A DNA stretch of 63,677 nt, counting the filler, from Parasitella parasitica NRRL 2501 (Eukaryota; Fungi; Mucoromycota): the NCBI GenBank assembly GCA_025201805.1. It is 9 parts of 9 records of this genome, joined end to end, with 100 filler letters (N's around TTAATTAATTAA, not from the genome) between each part and the next. Parts side by side here need not be neighbours in the genome. Positions count along the whole stretch, not along the records: positions 1 to 17,042 come from MU619460.1; 8 more parts are not named here. One strand, written 5' to 3'. A program made the position numbers and the translations under genes. Below are positions 1-12,568 of the stretch, in pieces (position 1 is the first letter of the stretch; every line of letters begins with the position of its first letter). Below the pieces are notes generated by a model. That model saw nothing but the letters and a program-made list of their open reading frames with translations. It was not told the DNA's origin and searched no databases.

Positions 1-2213
1 AATTCTAAGTTTTCCAAGTTAGATCGCGGTTCTACTGTGATTTTAGCAGAAGTTATGAGCAAATATGTGATATTTATGGTAAATGTTGAAAAATAAAAAT
101 GTTATTGCAGCTAACTTTCGATAGAGACATCGCCCAATAAATTGTATTAGTAACGAAGTAAAAGCAAATAATATAGTTGGAAGGGGACATAACTATAGCC
201 ATAGTGCGCGTATTACAGTTTTCGAGTATGTGATTCATCATCCCAAATGGGGTTCAACGTATTGTTTGAGAAATGCAAGTTCGACAGTTAATCGGGAATA
301 GCAAGGGACTGTAGACATTAATCCCAAGAAGGACTCTAGTTAATGACCAGTAATGATAATTTCAAGATTGCGTTTTATAAATTTGGCACCTCTTTTCTTC
401 AATGATCCACTTTGATGTGTTTTGAAAAAACCTTATTGCCTGTATGGATTTGGATAGCACGAAAGTCAAATAGAAGGAAGCTTTTATTACTGCGGCTTTG
501 GATGTCAAGCTGAAGAAGGAAGAAACAGGCACGCGAAAACGAAGTAGACCTTGACGAGGAAATTGATATTACACATAAGAAGGAAAACTAAGCCAACGTC
601 GATACTCAACTTCCTAACGTAGAAGAAGGAATAAGAAAAGAACACTGATTAGTCAAATACAAGTACACAGAAAGCTTGATGTTGAGATTCATTCCTCCTC
701 AACAACAGCAACTACAACTTCAAACACTTCTTCAACGATAGCATCATTTTCTAACTTGGTTTCACCAACAGCTGAAAAATTCACTGCCTCAACTACAACT
801 CATTCAACTTTACACAAAACGATCTACTTACACAAAGTCATTTGTGAAGATGCAGTAAATTTATATTATCGCTATAAACGTGGTCAAAAATTGAGCCCCT
901 CAGAGAGAGAGCGCATGCGTGATGAATTATCTGCTGGAGTTGACACTGCTGACGATCTCTTCTTGATAGCCAAATCCTTTATTCTCTGCTGAAGAATGGA
1001 ATACAATAATCAAGCGCTACGATAAATTCGGTCCATCGTTTGAGGTAAAAGAAGTGAAATCGGATTTGCCTATCCTACGCTTTGCTTTGACATTTCCGTT
1101 GAAACTGGCTCTTCAATTTACAAAAATCCTTCAACTTGTTATCTAGCCAGCCTGAAGTTGATTCATATACGTTTGACCAACTGCAAGAGGTGATTCCTTG
1201 ACGTATTTTGATGGGCAAACAATTCGTTCTGAACCCTGCGACTTGACTAAGCTGACCGAGAGGGATATCGAGTCTCACACTTGAGGATTCGCTAATTAGG
1301 ATATGCTGGTTCCGATTAAGCTGTTTAGCATGCTTCTTTAAGCATTATTGAAGGGTGAATAACAGTGTTAAGTGCCTTCGAGTCAATGAATAATTTGAGG
1401 GTATATTTTGCAGCATCTCAAGTACTAATGATAGCTTTTAATTCATAAATTTACTGTTGAAAAAAGCTCGCGCTCCGATTTTGAAGACACCTGTAAAATG
1501 TACACCCAGAGCTTTTTTTGTGTCGTGTCTTAAGGTGCTAGGCAACAAGACAAACCACGTTAGCAGCGTTTCATTGTATTTAAACTGAGGATAGATAAGA
1601 TTGAAACACGTTAGAGATTCCAAGACCAGACATGGTAAGTTTTATAAATCAGTGTTTTATTATAAAAAAAACCCAACATTCGAGAATATATAGACTGTAT
1701 ATGATGAGCCGTACCGTTCTATAATAAAAAAAAAACAATAAAAGGTTAATTTGAATGTCTACTATCAAAAAGCAAATGAAGGCAATAGTAAAATGATAAA
1801 AGAGACACGCTCAGAGAGAAGATAGGTTTTTTTTCAAGAACCACTCATTCAGTGGTTTCAGGATTTTCAGTGTGTGTGTGATACGTTTAGTCATCGCCGC
1901 GCATTTCTCCTATCATTCTACTGTTCCTTCACATCTTTACTTTTACACTACCTTATTACAGCCCAAATGCTGCTATATACTTTTGCTGAATAAAAGATCT
2001 CGAAAATTTTTCACGCCTTTTTATAAACCAATGTCTTGCCGTGACGGTAGAAATTTTATGGGACTACTCACATGTAGGCACTGTACCGTACCGTACTAGT
2101 ACCTGCAAACATTTGACAGATCAAGCGTATTCCTTCAGATAGATATGGGTCTGCGAAACTGAATAGGGTTATCAAGATGAATTTATTTCAAAATAAAATG
2201 AATAAGGAGAGTG

Positions 2214-4560
2214 CTAAATCAATTCTGGATCACTTATGCGTTGTCTCTGATGCTGAACAGCATGTGTCACTTGCTGCATGCTCTGCCCAGCCCTCTGTAT
2301 CATTCTTTCCAGCTCGGCCATTTGCTTGTCCAACTTTTGCTTGGCCAGTCTTGAAAACTGCAGCTGCTTATCTGAGATATCGCCGTTATTGCTGTGGTTG
2401 ACAGGATCAGACGGCAAGGGCTGTCTAACTTGATGTGTGAAATCGGCGTCTTCTTTTCTCGCATCAGGATCCAATCTGCTCAGTAATCTCCACAGAGAGT
2501 TATCATCGTCGCTGATTTCTACGTGGTGTTGGTAAAACTCAGACCCATGACGTTTGTGGTTTTGTAACTGGTTCAACTGTCTGTCGACACCAGCCATTTT
2601 GGACGCAATGTATAAGTTGGTAATGACCATCATTGTCATACAAATAGCTGTCAATTGTGATGTATTGGGGAGGCTTGCGTTTGAAATGATCCAGTCTAAA
2701 ATACCAGATAGAATCTGGGTGATAAAGTGCTGCTTTTCTGCTGCTGCTGCTGCTGGCACTGCTGCAATTGCCGATGTTTCTCGAGTCGAATCTTTCTCGG
2801 CATGATTGCGATGTCTATGTCTCCTCTTGCCTCCCTTCTTCTTTCCACTGCTGCCTAAGCGTTTGGTATCTCCTGCATGACTATCTAAATACTTGCGCAC
2901 TGCTGCATCTAAACTCTTATAGAAATTCTGCTGGCCATCAATAGAAGCTCTCTCGATTGTTGCTAGAGTTCAAAGAAACAAAAAAACAAAAAAAAAACAG
3001 TTCGCCAAGTTAGGGTATATACTGACCTACTCAGGTATACATATTCACTTACATTTGAGCCAAGATGATTTTGTGAAATCAACAAGCACAGTGACCAGCA
3101 CTCGGACTTGACCTTGGCCACACCACGATATACATGTGCGAGTTTTGACACTAAAGGAACCACCAGAGGGCACGTCAGGTGTTTGCGTTACAGTGAGCTG
3201 GCTAACATAATCCGTTGTATCCAAATGAAGAACCTGTTCTTTCAAGTAACACTTTGTTGATTTCGGCCCAATAGAGCCACCCAGATACTTGATATAGGAT
3301 GATTCGCGGGAATGCACACAGGCATCGTTCTTGGACCATTCGCCAATACAGACATCTGTTTTGTATTCGCAAATGTATGCGGTTAAAACCAGCAACTATC
3401 AATTAAGCGTTTCGCTTCACTTGCCTGTACTCTTTTCTACCTCGCATAGAAATTTGTTCATAAATGAGCTATCGAACAGCAAACTGTACATGGTTTCAAT
3501 GGAGGTATCGTATTTGCTGTCCAGGACGACGGTCGGGAAATGCTGTTCGTTTTTGCTGCATTCGCATTCTGTTTTCTCTTTGACCTGAATGTCTTTTTTC
3601 TCAGTGACATTTTCTGCATTGGTCGGGAGGATAGATGCATCTGCTTCTGTAGTTGAGTTTTCTTTGGATTTTGCGGCTGATGCTATTGTTGCTGTCGCTG
3701 ACCCTGCTGTCGCTTCCGTGCTCTTTTTTATATATTCGTGCATATTTGGGCGTGGGCCAGCCTCTGAAACAGCTCTGCGTCGAGCTGCTTCATCAGCTGA
3801 TGATAAATGTTTAGGTATTGGAAGCGAAGCCAGCGAGGCTTGTCTTTCGTCGAAAGCGGAATTGATCTGTTTGTCTATGTAGCAAAAGAAGAATGAGAAT
3901 AGAGCCATCAGCACATAGTATGACTTACCATTGATTTGGCTGGAGGCAGTGACCAGATCAGCATTCAATTCATCATCGTCTTCATCTTGATCGGAATACG
4001 AGTAGTCTGAAGATGTATAATCACTTTCGTCGCTTCCAGAAAACTCTGTAGCATCATCGTCCTTCAAGCCGCTTTCATGCACTTCTATTGCGCTTTTACT
4101 GGCACGAGAAGCTTTCCAAACTTCGACCATTTGGTCGTAAGCTTGGTCCCGTGAGAGGAAAGAGGCCAAGAAATGCTAAATGTCCCAGCTGAATATTTGT
4201 TTGTTTTCCTGCAGTTACAACGAACTTACCTTTGAGGAACAAGTAGAAAGCAGAATTGCATTTGGGATGAAAATGGCAGTTGTTTTCTTTTCAATGTCTT
4301 CTATATCAGTGAATGCGATTACCAACTAAAATAGTTCTGTTAGGCTCCTTTCTCTTGGTTTGTTACACATTTTGTTACATTTGTGATCCAGCCAAAAATG
4401 TTTGCATTAAAGCAAAGATGGTGCTCGGAAATATAGACTCTGCCTTGAAGCAGAATTTCCTTTTGCAATGCACAACCGTAATCTTAAAAAAAAATATGAT
4501 TAGCATTCAAGACACATCAACCCCTGAAAAAATAAATTGTCCATAGATGCCGTCAATCCC

Positions 4561-4644
<84 letters not shown>

Positions 4645-5211
4645 CAGTGTGTACCAATTTAAAATGGGAAACAGAAAATCTTTCTCCCAATAGATAGACC
4701 AATCTCTACTAATTAAAAATATATATATATATATATATATAGAAAGAGCCAAGCAATTCTTACCATCAATCAATCTTTCTTGATCTGGTACGCTTCGAAA
4801 TAAAGAATGGAAGTCGCTGTTTCTTTTATCATTCGCAAAGCGAGTTGATATCGGCAATGCAACGGTTGAGGATGCGGCAGATGCAGACATCGAAAAACCG
4901 CCATCTGAGCCCATATCATCTGTCGATATTGTGTCTGATCCACGACGTTGTCTATGGTGATTCTTCTTGGATGTTAGATGTGGAAATGATCTCTGTGATA
5001 TCAGTGGCTTTCTTTCGTATTGGTCGTTAGATACTTCTGCAGAAAAACTGGATCTACGACGGTTGCTGATGGGAAGTGGTAGTTTGGGTGAGCTGTAATT
5101 TTGTTGTTGCAAATCTATTCCAGATGAGAAAGCTGAAGGTACAGGCGACGGTGCACGTGAGAGATGTTGAGGCTTTGGGCTCAAAGTGTTTTCTGACTCC
5201 ACTGCAACCAT
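2214..5211 (-). CDS. GRAM + VASt (StARkin) domain sterol-transfer protein, Lam/Ysp2/Aster-like; multi-exon
   Basis: Spliced exons give a GRAM core (RNSDFHSLFRSVPDQERLID/DYGCALQKEILLQGRVYISEHHLCFNANIFGW, FLSRDQAYD) and a VASt domain (TQTPDVPSGGSFSVKTRTCISW, VDFTKSSWLK), followed by a C-terminal TM helix and coiled coil. Introns are mostly GT-AG, with one GC-AG. Confidence 0.9.
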
Positions 5212-6092
5212 GATCCAAAGAGAACTCTGTGTGGAAACTGTATTCTTCTGAAAAGAGAGAGAGAAGAAGGAAAGGAAGAAAGAAAGGGAAGAGAAGGAAA
5301 GGAAGAAAAAAGGAACGAGGGGGTTTTGGGTTGATTCCAGGGAGATTTGAGGAGTTTTGCTTGGTGTTTATTTGACAAACCAATCTATATTTATTTATTC
5401 CTCGAGATTTTACCCTTTTTGGACCCGGAAATCAATGTAATCGAGACAAATAGCAACATACTCCGTGTTGGAGTCAATGTTTATAATTGAATTACATGAC
5501 AGCTCTCTACAGCATTTGCATATACATATCTCGGAGATCGCTGTTGGAACATAAGTCATCTGAAGCAATATAGTGATTCATGTTGATCGAAACTGACTGT
5601 AACACATATTCTGCGTGTAATTAATGTCGTACTTGTAACCAAAAGTAAGCAATTCCTTTTTTAATTTATAATTTAGGAAAAGGCCACCAAAATTACGCAG
5701 CACATCACGTTAATACAGACGGTATTAACGGAAGATCATCAATGGCGTATGTTAACATTGGTTTGTAGGATGGCATAGAAGCCAAATAAGTCTTATCATT
5801 TTATCTTCAACATTTAACAAACAAACAAACCCCCCAAGCAATATCATTAAAGCATTTGGCTTTTCAAGGTAATTTAGCTTCTCGAGGTGACTCTGGGGTC
5901 ACCATGGCAACGAGTTGATCTTACATCTCTGCTGTTTGTTCCTGTAAATCAAATGTTGGTAGGTAGCAGTAGTAGGATTTAAACGAGCGCAACAGAACTG
6001 CTATTTTTTTCTGTGTAAACCGACCCCTCCTACTCTCTCTCTCTCTTTTTTTTTCTTCATTTTTCATTTTAATAATTCTCCCTTAGTCCATC

Positions 6093-7118
6093 ATGGCAGC
6101 TAATTATTGGGCATCTACGCAGAGGTAAGTATATAGCATCAGAATCCAGGAGAAGGGTACACAGTAAACTTATCGAAATCCCACAAGAAACCATTGGATG
6201 CTCGATCGTTGGAGCTTGGCTACAAGCAGAGAAGAAGATTTGAAATACGTGTCCGAGGCAGATTATGTAAAACTGAGGATATGGTTTTGTCATTGTAAAT
6301 TTTATTCCTAATTTTCAATCGTCAAGTTTAACAGATTTTTCTTTAGTGATTCAAAAATTGGCTAAACGACTCCAATTACGGCAGCAAGTTGTGGCTACAG
6401 CTTTTGTGTATTTTAAACGATTTTATATAAAGTAAGTAATGCTGTGCTGCAAGAGATCGAGCAATTTGTTTTAATGCAGTCTTCTTTAGTAATAGTATCA
6501 AAGCAACAGACCCAATTCTTGTCTTAGTTACATGTGTATACTTGGCTACCAAAATTGAGGAATGCCCTGTACATATTAAAATGGTAACACAGGAAGCAAA
6601 AACCGTTTTTCAAGGTAGATATCACCTCAAACTATCATGGAAAACGTCAAAAACTAAAACCAACACAAGCTGAATTCGGTGGATTTCCGTACGACAGCTC
6701 AAAAGTCGCAGAATTCGAGTTTTATCTGCTCGAAGAATTAGAATTTTACCTCATTGTATGGCATCCTTATCGATCATTAACACAAATATGCAATGAATTA
6801 GGGATGAGGGAATCAGGGCTTCAATATGCTTGGTTTATCGTCAATGATTCATACAGAACTGACGTTAGTTTGTTATACCCACCTCACTTGATCTCGTTGG
6901 CTGCCATTTATTTAACTGTCGTTCTTAACCACGCAGATTTTGCTCCGGGTTCAGCGGGAGAGCAGCGTGACATGAAGCAGTGGTTTGCAGATTTAAATGT
7001 TGATATAAAAAGCGTCATAGAAATCAGCCAGGAAATACTAGCGATATACGAAGTTTGGGCTGACTGGAAAGAAGAAAAGATGCTGCTGCTGTATAAAGAA
7101 TTGAGGAGTAAATCTTAA
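6093..7118 (+). CDS. SSN8: Cyclin C (Mediator CDK8-module cyclin); 5 exons
   Basis: MAANYWASTQR start, LRQQVVATAFVYFKRFY, CVYLATKIEECP, EFEFYLLEEL, HPYRSL and AWFIVNDSYRTD are all cyclin C signatures. Confidence 0.93.
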
Positions 7119-8153
7119 CCATCTCTTGCTATATTTTCTTTAAGAGAAATATGACTATACCAAAATGTAGTGATCTTGTACATAGAATAAAAACCATAAA
7201 AGAATCTGAGTAATTGCAACATACATATACAACTCTTGTCATAATGCATGATATCTCGAACACAACCGACACATTGTTTGGATGATTCTTGTCATTTTTT
7301 TCTGCCACATGTTTTTTTTTTTTTCACATAAGATTATGTAATGAAGGGAATAAAGATGAACGTGTTTTACGATCAGTACTATGGTTGAACTAATTTTACT
7401 GCTCTAATATGTATCACCTGGGGCTAGGATTTCATAAAAGATGCAAACAAGTATTACGGTACAACGGAGACTGGTTTCCAAAAAGGTATGCAATGCTCCA
7501 AAAATGCATCAAAAATGGTCAACAAATAAAACTGTCAGCAAAGATCCTCAAATAGTAAACCCAGTGTTCATTTTGAAAGAATATAAGGGCCTCTTTATGC
7601 ATATTACATATCAGATATAGATGGATCCTGGGTCTGTTAACCAGATGCACAGCCACGTCAGTTTATTTCTTAAGTGCATCTTATACATTTCATTGTCGAG
7701 ATGCAAATATAATATCTGTAAATAAACGCACAGTAAACTTTTGCATATTTATTATATGTGACACAGAAGCACAAGCAGAATTATGCTGGCTTATTGACAA
7801 TAATTAAACTTATAATGAAAAGAAAAAATAAACGCTACAGAATTTATATCGAATGAATATGTAGGTCAAAGCGTATCTCTCCATTGTTAACCTCTGTTTG
7901 TCAAATGAAAAAGAGTTTTCCAAATCTATATCAAGAATGTCAGAGCTCCAGAACATTGAATAGCGTGATATTTTGTCAATTAAATGTTTATTGCAATATT
8001 TGACTGTACACTTATGTGTCGTCTTGACATGTCCACATATTTAGTATAAATAGTAGGACCTTGACTCAACATTCCTTTTTTTTTTTAAAAAAACCATCGA
8101 ATTCATTTATACACACTTTCCATAGTACGCTCAAATCAATTATACATAAAAAC

Positions 8154-8537
8154 ATGAAAATCCCTTCCTCTGCCATTCTTTTCATCCTGACCACTTCCTT
8201 TGTATTGATTACTCAAGCTGCCCATATTCCCAACATTCAAGCTCGTGATTCAATGTCTGGTGGCGCTACATTTTACTCTGTCGGTTTAGGTTCCTGTGGT
8301 TATAGCAACTCTGACGACGAGATGGTTGCTGCCCTTTCAATGAGTCTCATGGGAGGCGCCAACAGTGAATTGTGTGGCAAATCCATCACTGTTACATCTT
8401 CTTCTGGGTCTGTCACTCTCAAGGTTGTTGATTCCTGCCCTGGTTGTTCAAAAGGAGATGTAGATATGAGTGAAGCTGCTTTCAAGATGCTTGGCGACCC
8501 CGCACAAGGCCGCATCCCTGTTACTTGGTCTCTCTAG
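8154..8537 (+). CDS. Secreted RlpA-like double-psi beta-barrel (expansin/loosenin-like) protein
   Basis: Signal peptide, then GGATFYSVGLGSCG, VAALS, CGKSITV, VVDSCPGC, DVDMSEAAFKML and GRIPVTWS. Single exon. Confidence 0.88.
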   Translation: MKIPSSAILFILTTSFVLITQAAHIPNIQARDSMSGGATFYSVGLGSCGYSNSDDEMVAALSMSLMGGANSELCGKSITVTSSSGSVTLKVVDSCPGCSKGDVDMSEAAFKMLGDPAQGRIPVTWSL

Positions 8538-9357
8538 ACATTATATATTTGCATTTACTGATTTTATATTTCTCGTTGTATAGCGACTGGTCTCGCTGAT
8601 CCATATAGACATACCTTTTTACTTTGATAGACATGGCATAGGCATTATAAACTCTCTTTTATCAAGTTTATACTGCTAATAATAGACATAATAAAGACTG
8701 ACCTAGCATTCAAAAACAGTGTTTGCCCTAATTCTAATATTACACATTTGATAATAATTTACATTTCACACCAGTGTATTGTAGAACAACCATGATAAGT
8801 TGTATTTAACAATTTATATATTGAAGAAGCCAGGAGTTTCCAGTGCTACTTTTTTTTTCAATTTCATCTTTCCTTAAAACTGGTGATATAAATTTCCACG
8901 GCGGAAACACGTACCTATTGCTCCTGCTTCAGTCGTACCAGATATCAGAGAGCCTGTATCACTTTTTCGTCGTTGGCTTCAACTTTGATATTTGACACCC
9001 AAAATGAATTTCTATATTACAGCTGTGTTAATTTTTACAAATTGAGAGATGAATTCGACAATTCAAAATCATCAGCAAGAAAGCAAATTATGTGAATTTA
9101 TTAGAGATGTGCATACGTTGTTTAAAACCGAAATTAGTAGCAGTGGCAAATGCAACTGCATGCGATTGTTTGTACGCTGGTTAATGTTGCAGTTTTCTGT
9201 AAAATTCATCATTCATTTAACCCCGGCCCCACGGCTTCTTTTTTTTTTTTTTTTTTTCCTCATTGATGAGTAATAAGATGGGGTTTTTTTTCTTTCGTCT
9301 CTCTTTTTTCCTTCTCCCTTATCTTTTTTACATAATACAAAAATAGTATCAACGCAA

Positions 9358-12300
9358 ATGTCGGCACCACCCGATGAAGGTCTATCAAATTCCAGACAGA
9401 GAGTCAGCCGTGCATGGTGAGTAGATGGATGTAGATGGAAAATACTCTGTCAATGGGGATTAACGACACCATTAAAGCGATCTGTGCAGACGCAAAAAGG
9501 TCAAATGCGACGGCGCAACGCCTGTCTGCACAAATTGCAAAGCGATAGGACTCGAGTGCACCTTCAAAGACATGACGAAAAAGGTAGATTGATAAACGGA
9601 TTTGCCTGCCTATATGTCTGGAAATTTACAATGTTTGTAACATAGCGGGGTCCGCCAAAGGGATACATAGAAGCCATCGAAAATAGACTATACAAATTAG
9701 AAAACTTCCTTGCTGATTTGGCAAAAGGTGGGGATGTGCCATCAAACCAGCTGCTATCGGAACTCAATTCACCTTTGGAAACACCTTCTGGAGAGCAGAT
9801 TCGGGCTAGGCCAGTCAGACGAGCACCTCGATCTGAGAAGAATAAAGTCAGCTGGCAAGCGCAAAAGAGACAGTCTTGTCGATCCTCACAGCAGCCAAGA
9901 CAACCACACAATAGACGACCAAGACGATGATGACGACGACGACGACAACGGCGTAAATCTGAATGGTGATAAAAACCAGCAAAAGAGAGAGGAATCGGTA
10001 GACGAAGGTCTTGGTCAATTAGCCATGGATGAAAATGGCCAAGTGCGATATTTGGGGAAATCGTCAGGTTATTACCTTTTACAGAACAGCAGAACTTACC
10101 AGAATGGGGCGTTTCACTTTGCAAATTATGGAAACAGACCTCGCAATAGGAAGCGAAACAGATCAGAGAACGTGGATCCTCTGGAATTGCCGCCAAAAGA
10201 CTTGTCTGAGCATCTCATTCGACTCTACTTTAAGCATTTCTATCCATTTCTACCTCTATTTTACAAAAGACAGCTATTCAGCACCATTGACCATCCAACA
10301 ATTGAGCCGGTCGCGCCTCTTTTGCTGAATGCCATCTATGCGGTTGCTTCTCGCATATCACCTGATGTCAGAGTGAGATCTAATCCCGCTTCCCCAGACA
10401 CTGCTGGAGACATCTTCTTTGAAAGAGCCGAGAAGCTGCTGGATGAGTCCTACGATACACCGAGTATTTCAACTGTCCAAGCGCTTTTATTACTGGCGAG
10501 CCATCAGCATGGTGCAATGAAATCAGCCAGAGCATGGCTTTATAGTGGGATGGTAATACTTTTTTTTTTTCCCTCCAAGTGAACCAATGATCCGAATATT
10601 AAACACTTGGATGCGTAGGCATTTAGAATGGCGCAAGATTTAGGGTTGCATAGGAACTGCGATCATTGGAATATACCTGCTGACGAATGCGAAAGACGTA
10701 AGCGAGTGTTTTGGTGTTGTTATGTGGTTGACAGACTAGCGAGCGCTATGTACGGAAGAGCGTCTACGCTTGAGGAACGTGATTGCGATGTGCCTTTCCC
10801 AACTGTGGATGACGACAACCTGATTAGCGAGGATGATCCAAATGCCTCAGTATCACAGTCATCGTCGTTTCGATTATTAGAGGCCTTCACCAATCTGATC
10901 AAAATATGTGATATTCTGGGACATGTGTTGAAGAACATCTACTACGTGCGCTCGCTACAATACACAGGAGCAAAGCAGGCGGATTCGGTGCTGACAACGT
11001 GGAACAAGAAATTAAAGCAATGGTACGATCATTTACCAGATTCCTTGCAGATCAAGAAAGATAGCAGCAGTATCAACCATACCCTTCCTCCTACCGCAGT
11101 CTGCCAACTGCACATGATTTACCATACTACTGTGATCCTGCTTCACAGGCCCTTTATTCCTGGGCCTAGCCAGAGTCTGCTACCGTCCATGCTACCGTGT
11201 GCTTCGATATGTTCTGCTGCTGCTGACGCAATCCTTTCAATTACCAATACCATGCTGGCTGAAAACAAGCTTCGCTATGTCATGAACTACGCTGTATACT
11301 ATATCTTCACATCCGGCATCATTTTCATACGAACAGCATGCGCAACAAAGCCTGATACCAGATCCTTGCTATCATCGGATGACAAGACGTTAGAGGCCAA
11401 GGTGAAAGTGACAAAATGCATGCAAGCATTAGACGAAATAGAAGCCACTTGGACCACAGCCAGCAAAAGCTGCCAAATTCTAGCCGAATTGAGTGGATTC
11501 CGCGACTGTGATTTCCAAGGCAGCTTTCAGCAACAGCATCACAATGTGAATCCATGGCAACAACAACAGCAGCAGCCTGTGAGCCATATGAGACAGCAGC
11601 ATCACAGCGCACCTAGCCATCTTCGTCCCATATCTCCACAGTCGTCGGAGTCTTCGCCCCAAATGCAATTTGAACAGCACCGCAGAACGAACAGTAGCAA
11701 CTTGAGGTTTCCAATCATACGTGTTGACTCAAGTGCTGATGATGTCAAACAAAGCCCACTTTACACATCTTCGCCACCATCATCTTCTGCTCTAAACATG
11801 GACTTTGCAACGCATAATCCTTTCCAGGTAAAAAACACAGGCCCTGTAAGTAATGCCACTGCTATGGATCCCTTTGCGGCACCAGGCATAATCCCTGTTC
11901 CATACCCGAGGCAATATGATCCATTAGGCAATGCATTCTGGGGAGTGCCTTCCTCGTTGGATGTGAACGAATGGAACAGCTTTATGAATTCTAATCTGAA
12001 TGGACAGCAACAGCAACAGCACGATCCGTTTGCAAACTCGGACAACACCTGCTTACAAGACAGACAAGTATACGAAACACCATCATCCAACGCAATGCCC
12101 AGCAACTATCAGCAGTCAGCAGGCGAGAAGCAACGGTTAATCCACACAGATCAGCATGTTGATGTTTTGTCTGGTGTCTCCGTCCCTTTAGATCAGTCGC
12201 CTCACAATAATAATAATAATAATAGTAATAATAATAATAATAACAGCACGCTGATGAGTTATCTCCCGCAGTTGCAGAACGATGATCCTCAAAACACTAC

Positions 12301-12385
12301 AGCAAATAGCAATAATACTAGCAACGAAAATAAGCAGCCACCAGTCTCAAATGGAGCAGATTTGGCTAATGCCTACTATTGGTAG
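9358..12385 (+). CDS. Zn(II)2Cys6 fungal transcription factor with Fungal_trans middle-homology domain
   Basis: Spliced RVSRAC/DLCRRKKVKCDGATPVCTNCKAIGLEC zinc cluster, RGPPKGYIEAIENRL, YLGKSSG, AWLYSGM/AFRMAQDLGLHRN and ERRKRVFWCCYVVDR, with a Q/N-rich C-terminus. Confidence 0.93.
12206..12243 (+). repeat. (AAT)n trinucleotide repeat encoding poly-Asn in the TF
   Basis: aataataataataataatagtaataataataataataac, in frame. Confidence 0.85.
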
Positions 12386-12568
12386 AGAGCAGCATGATGT
12401 AGTGTATATAAATGAATGTAAATTATTATAAATTAAATTATTATATCAATGAACTACTCTAACACGGCACCAAGCCGATGTTGTCTTTTTTTTTGTTTTT
12501 TTTTTTTTGTTTTTTTTTAATATCAGCAGCGTTGTTTATTTCTTCAAAATAGACTAGATTTACCAGAT

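Noticed and set aside
1-2100. Possible gene or transposon (short ORFs, ...ggcactg|TA near 2083)
   Set aside because: Only broken ORFs with no recognisable domain and no matching terminus; it cannot be called.
4507-4763. Poly-Phe C-terminus of ORF 4507..5211
   Set aside because: Read-through into an intron containing the poly(A/T) run; the exon ends at 4764.
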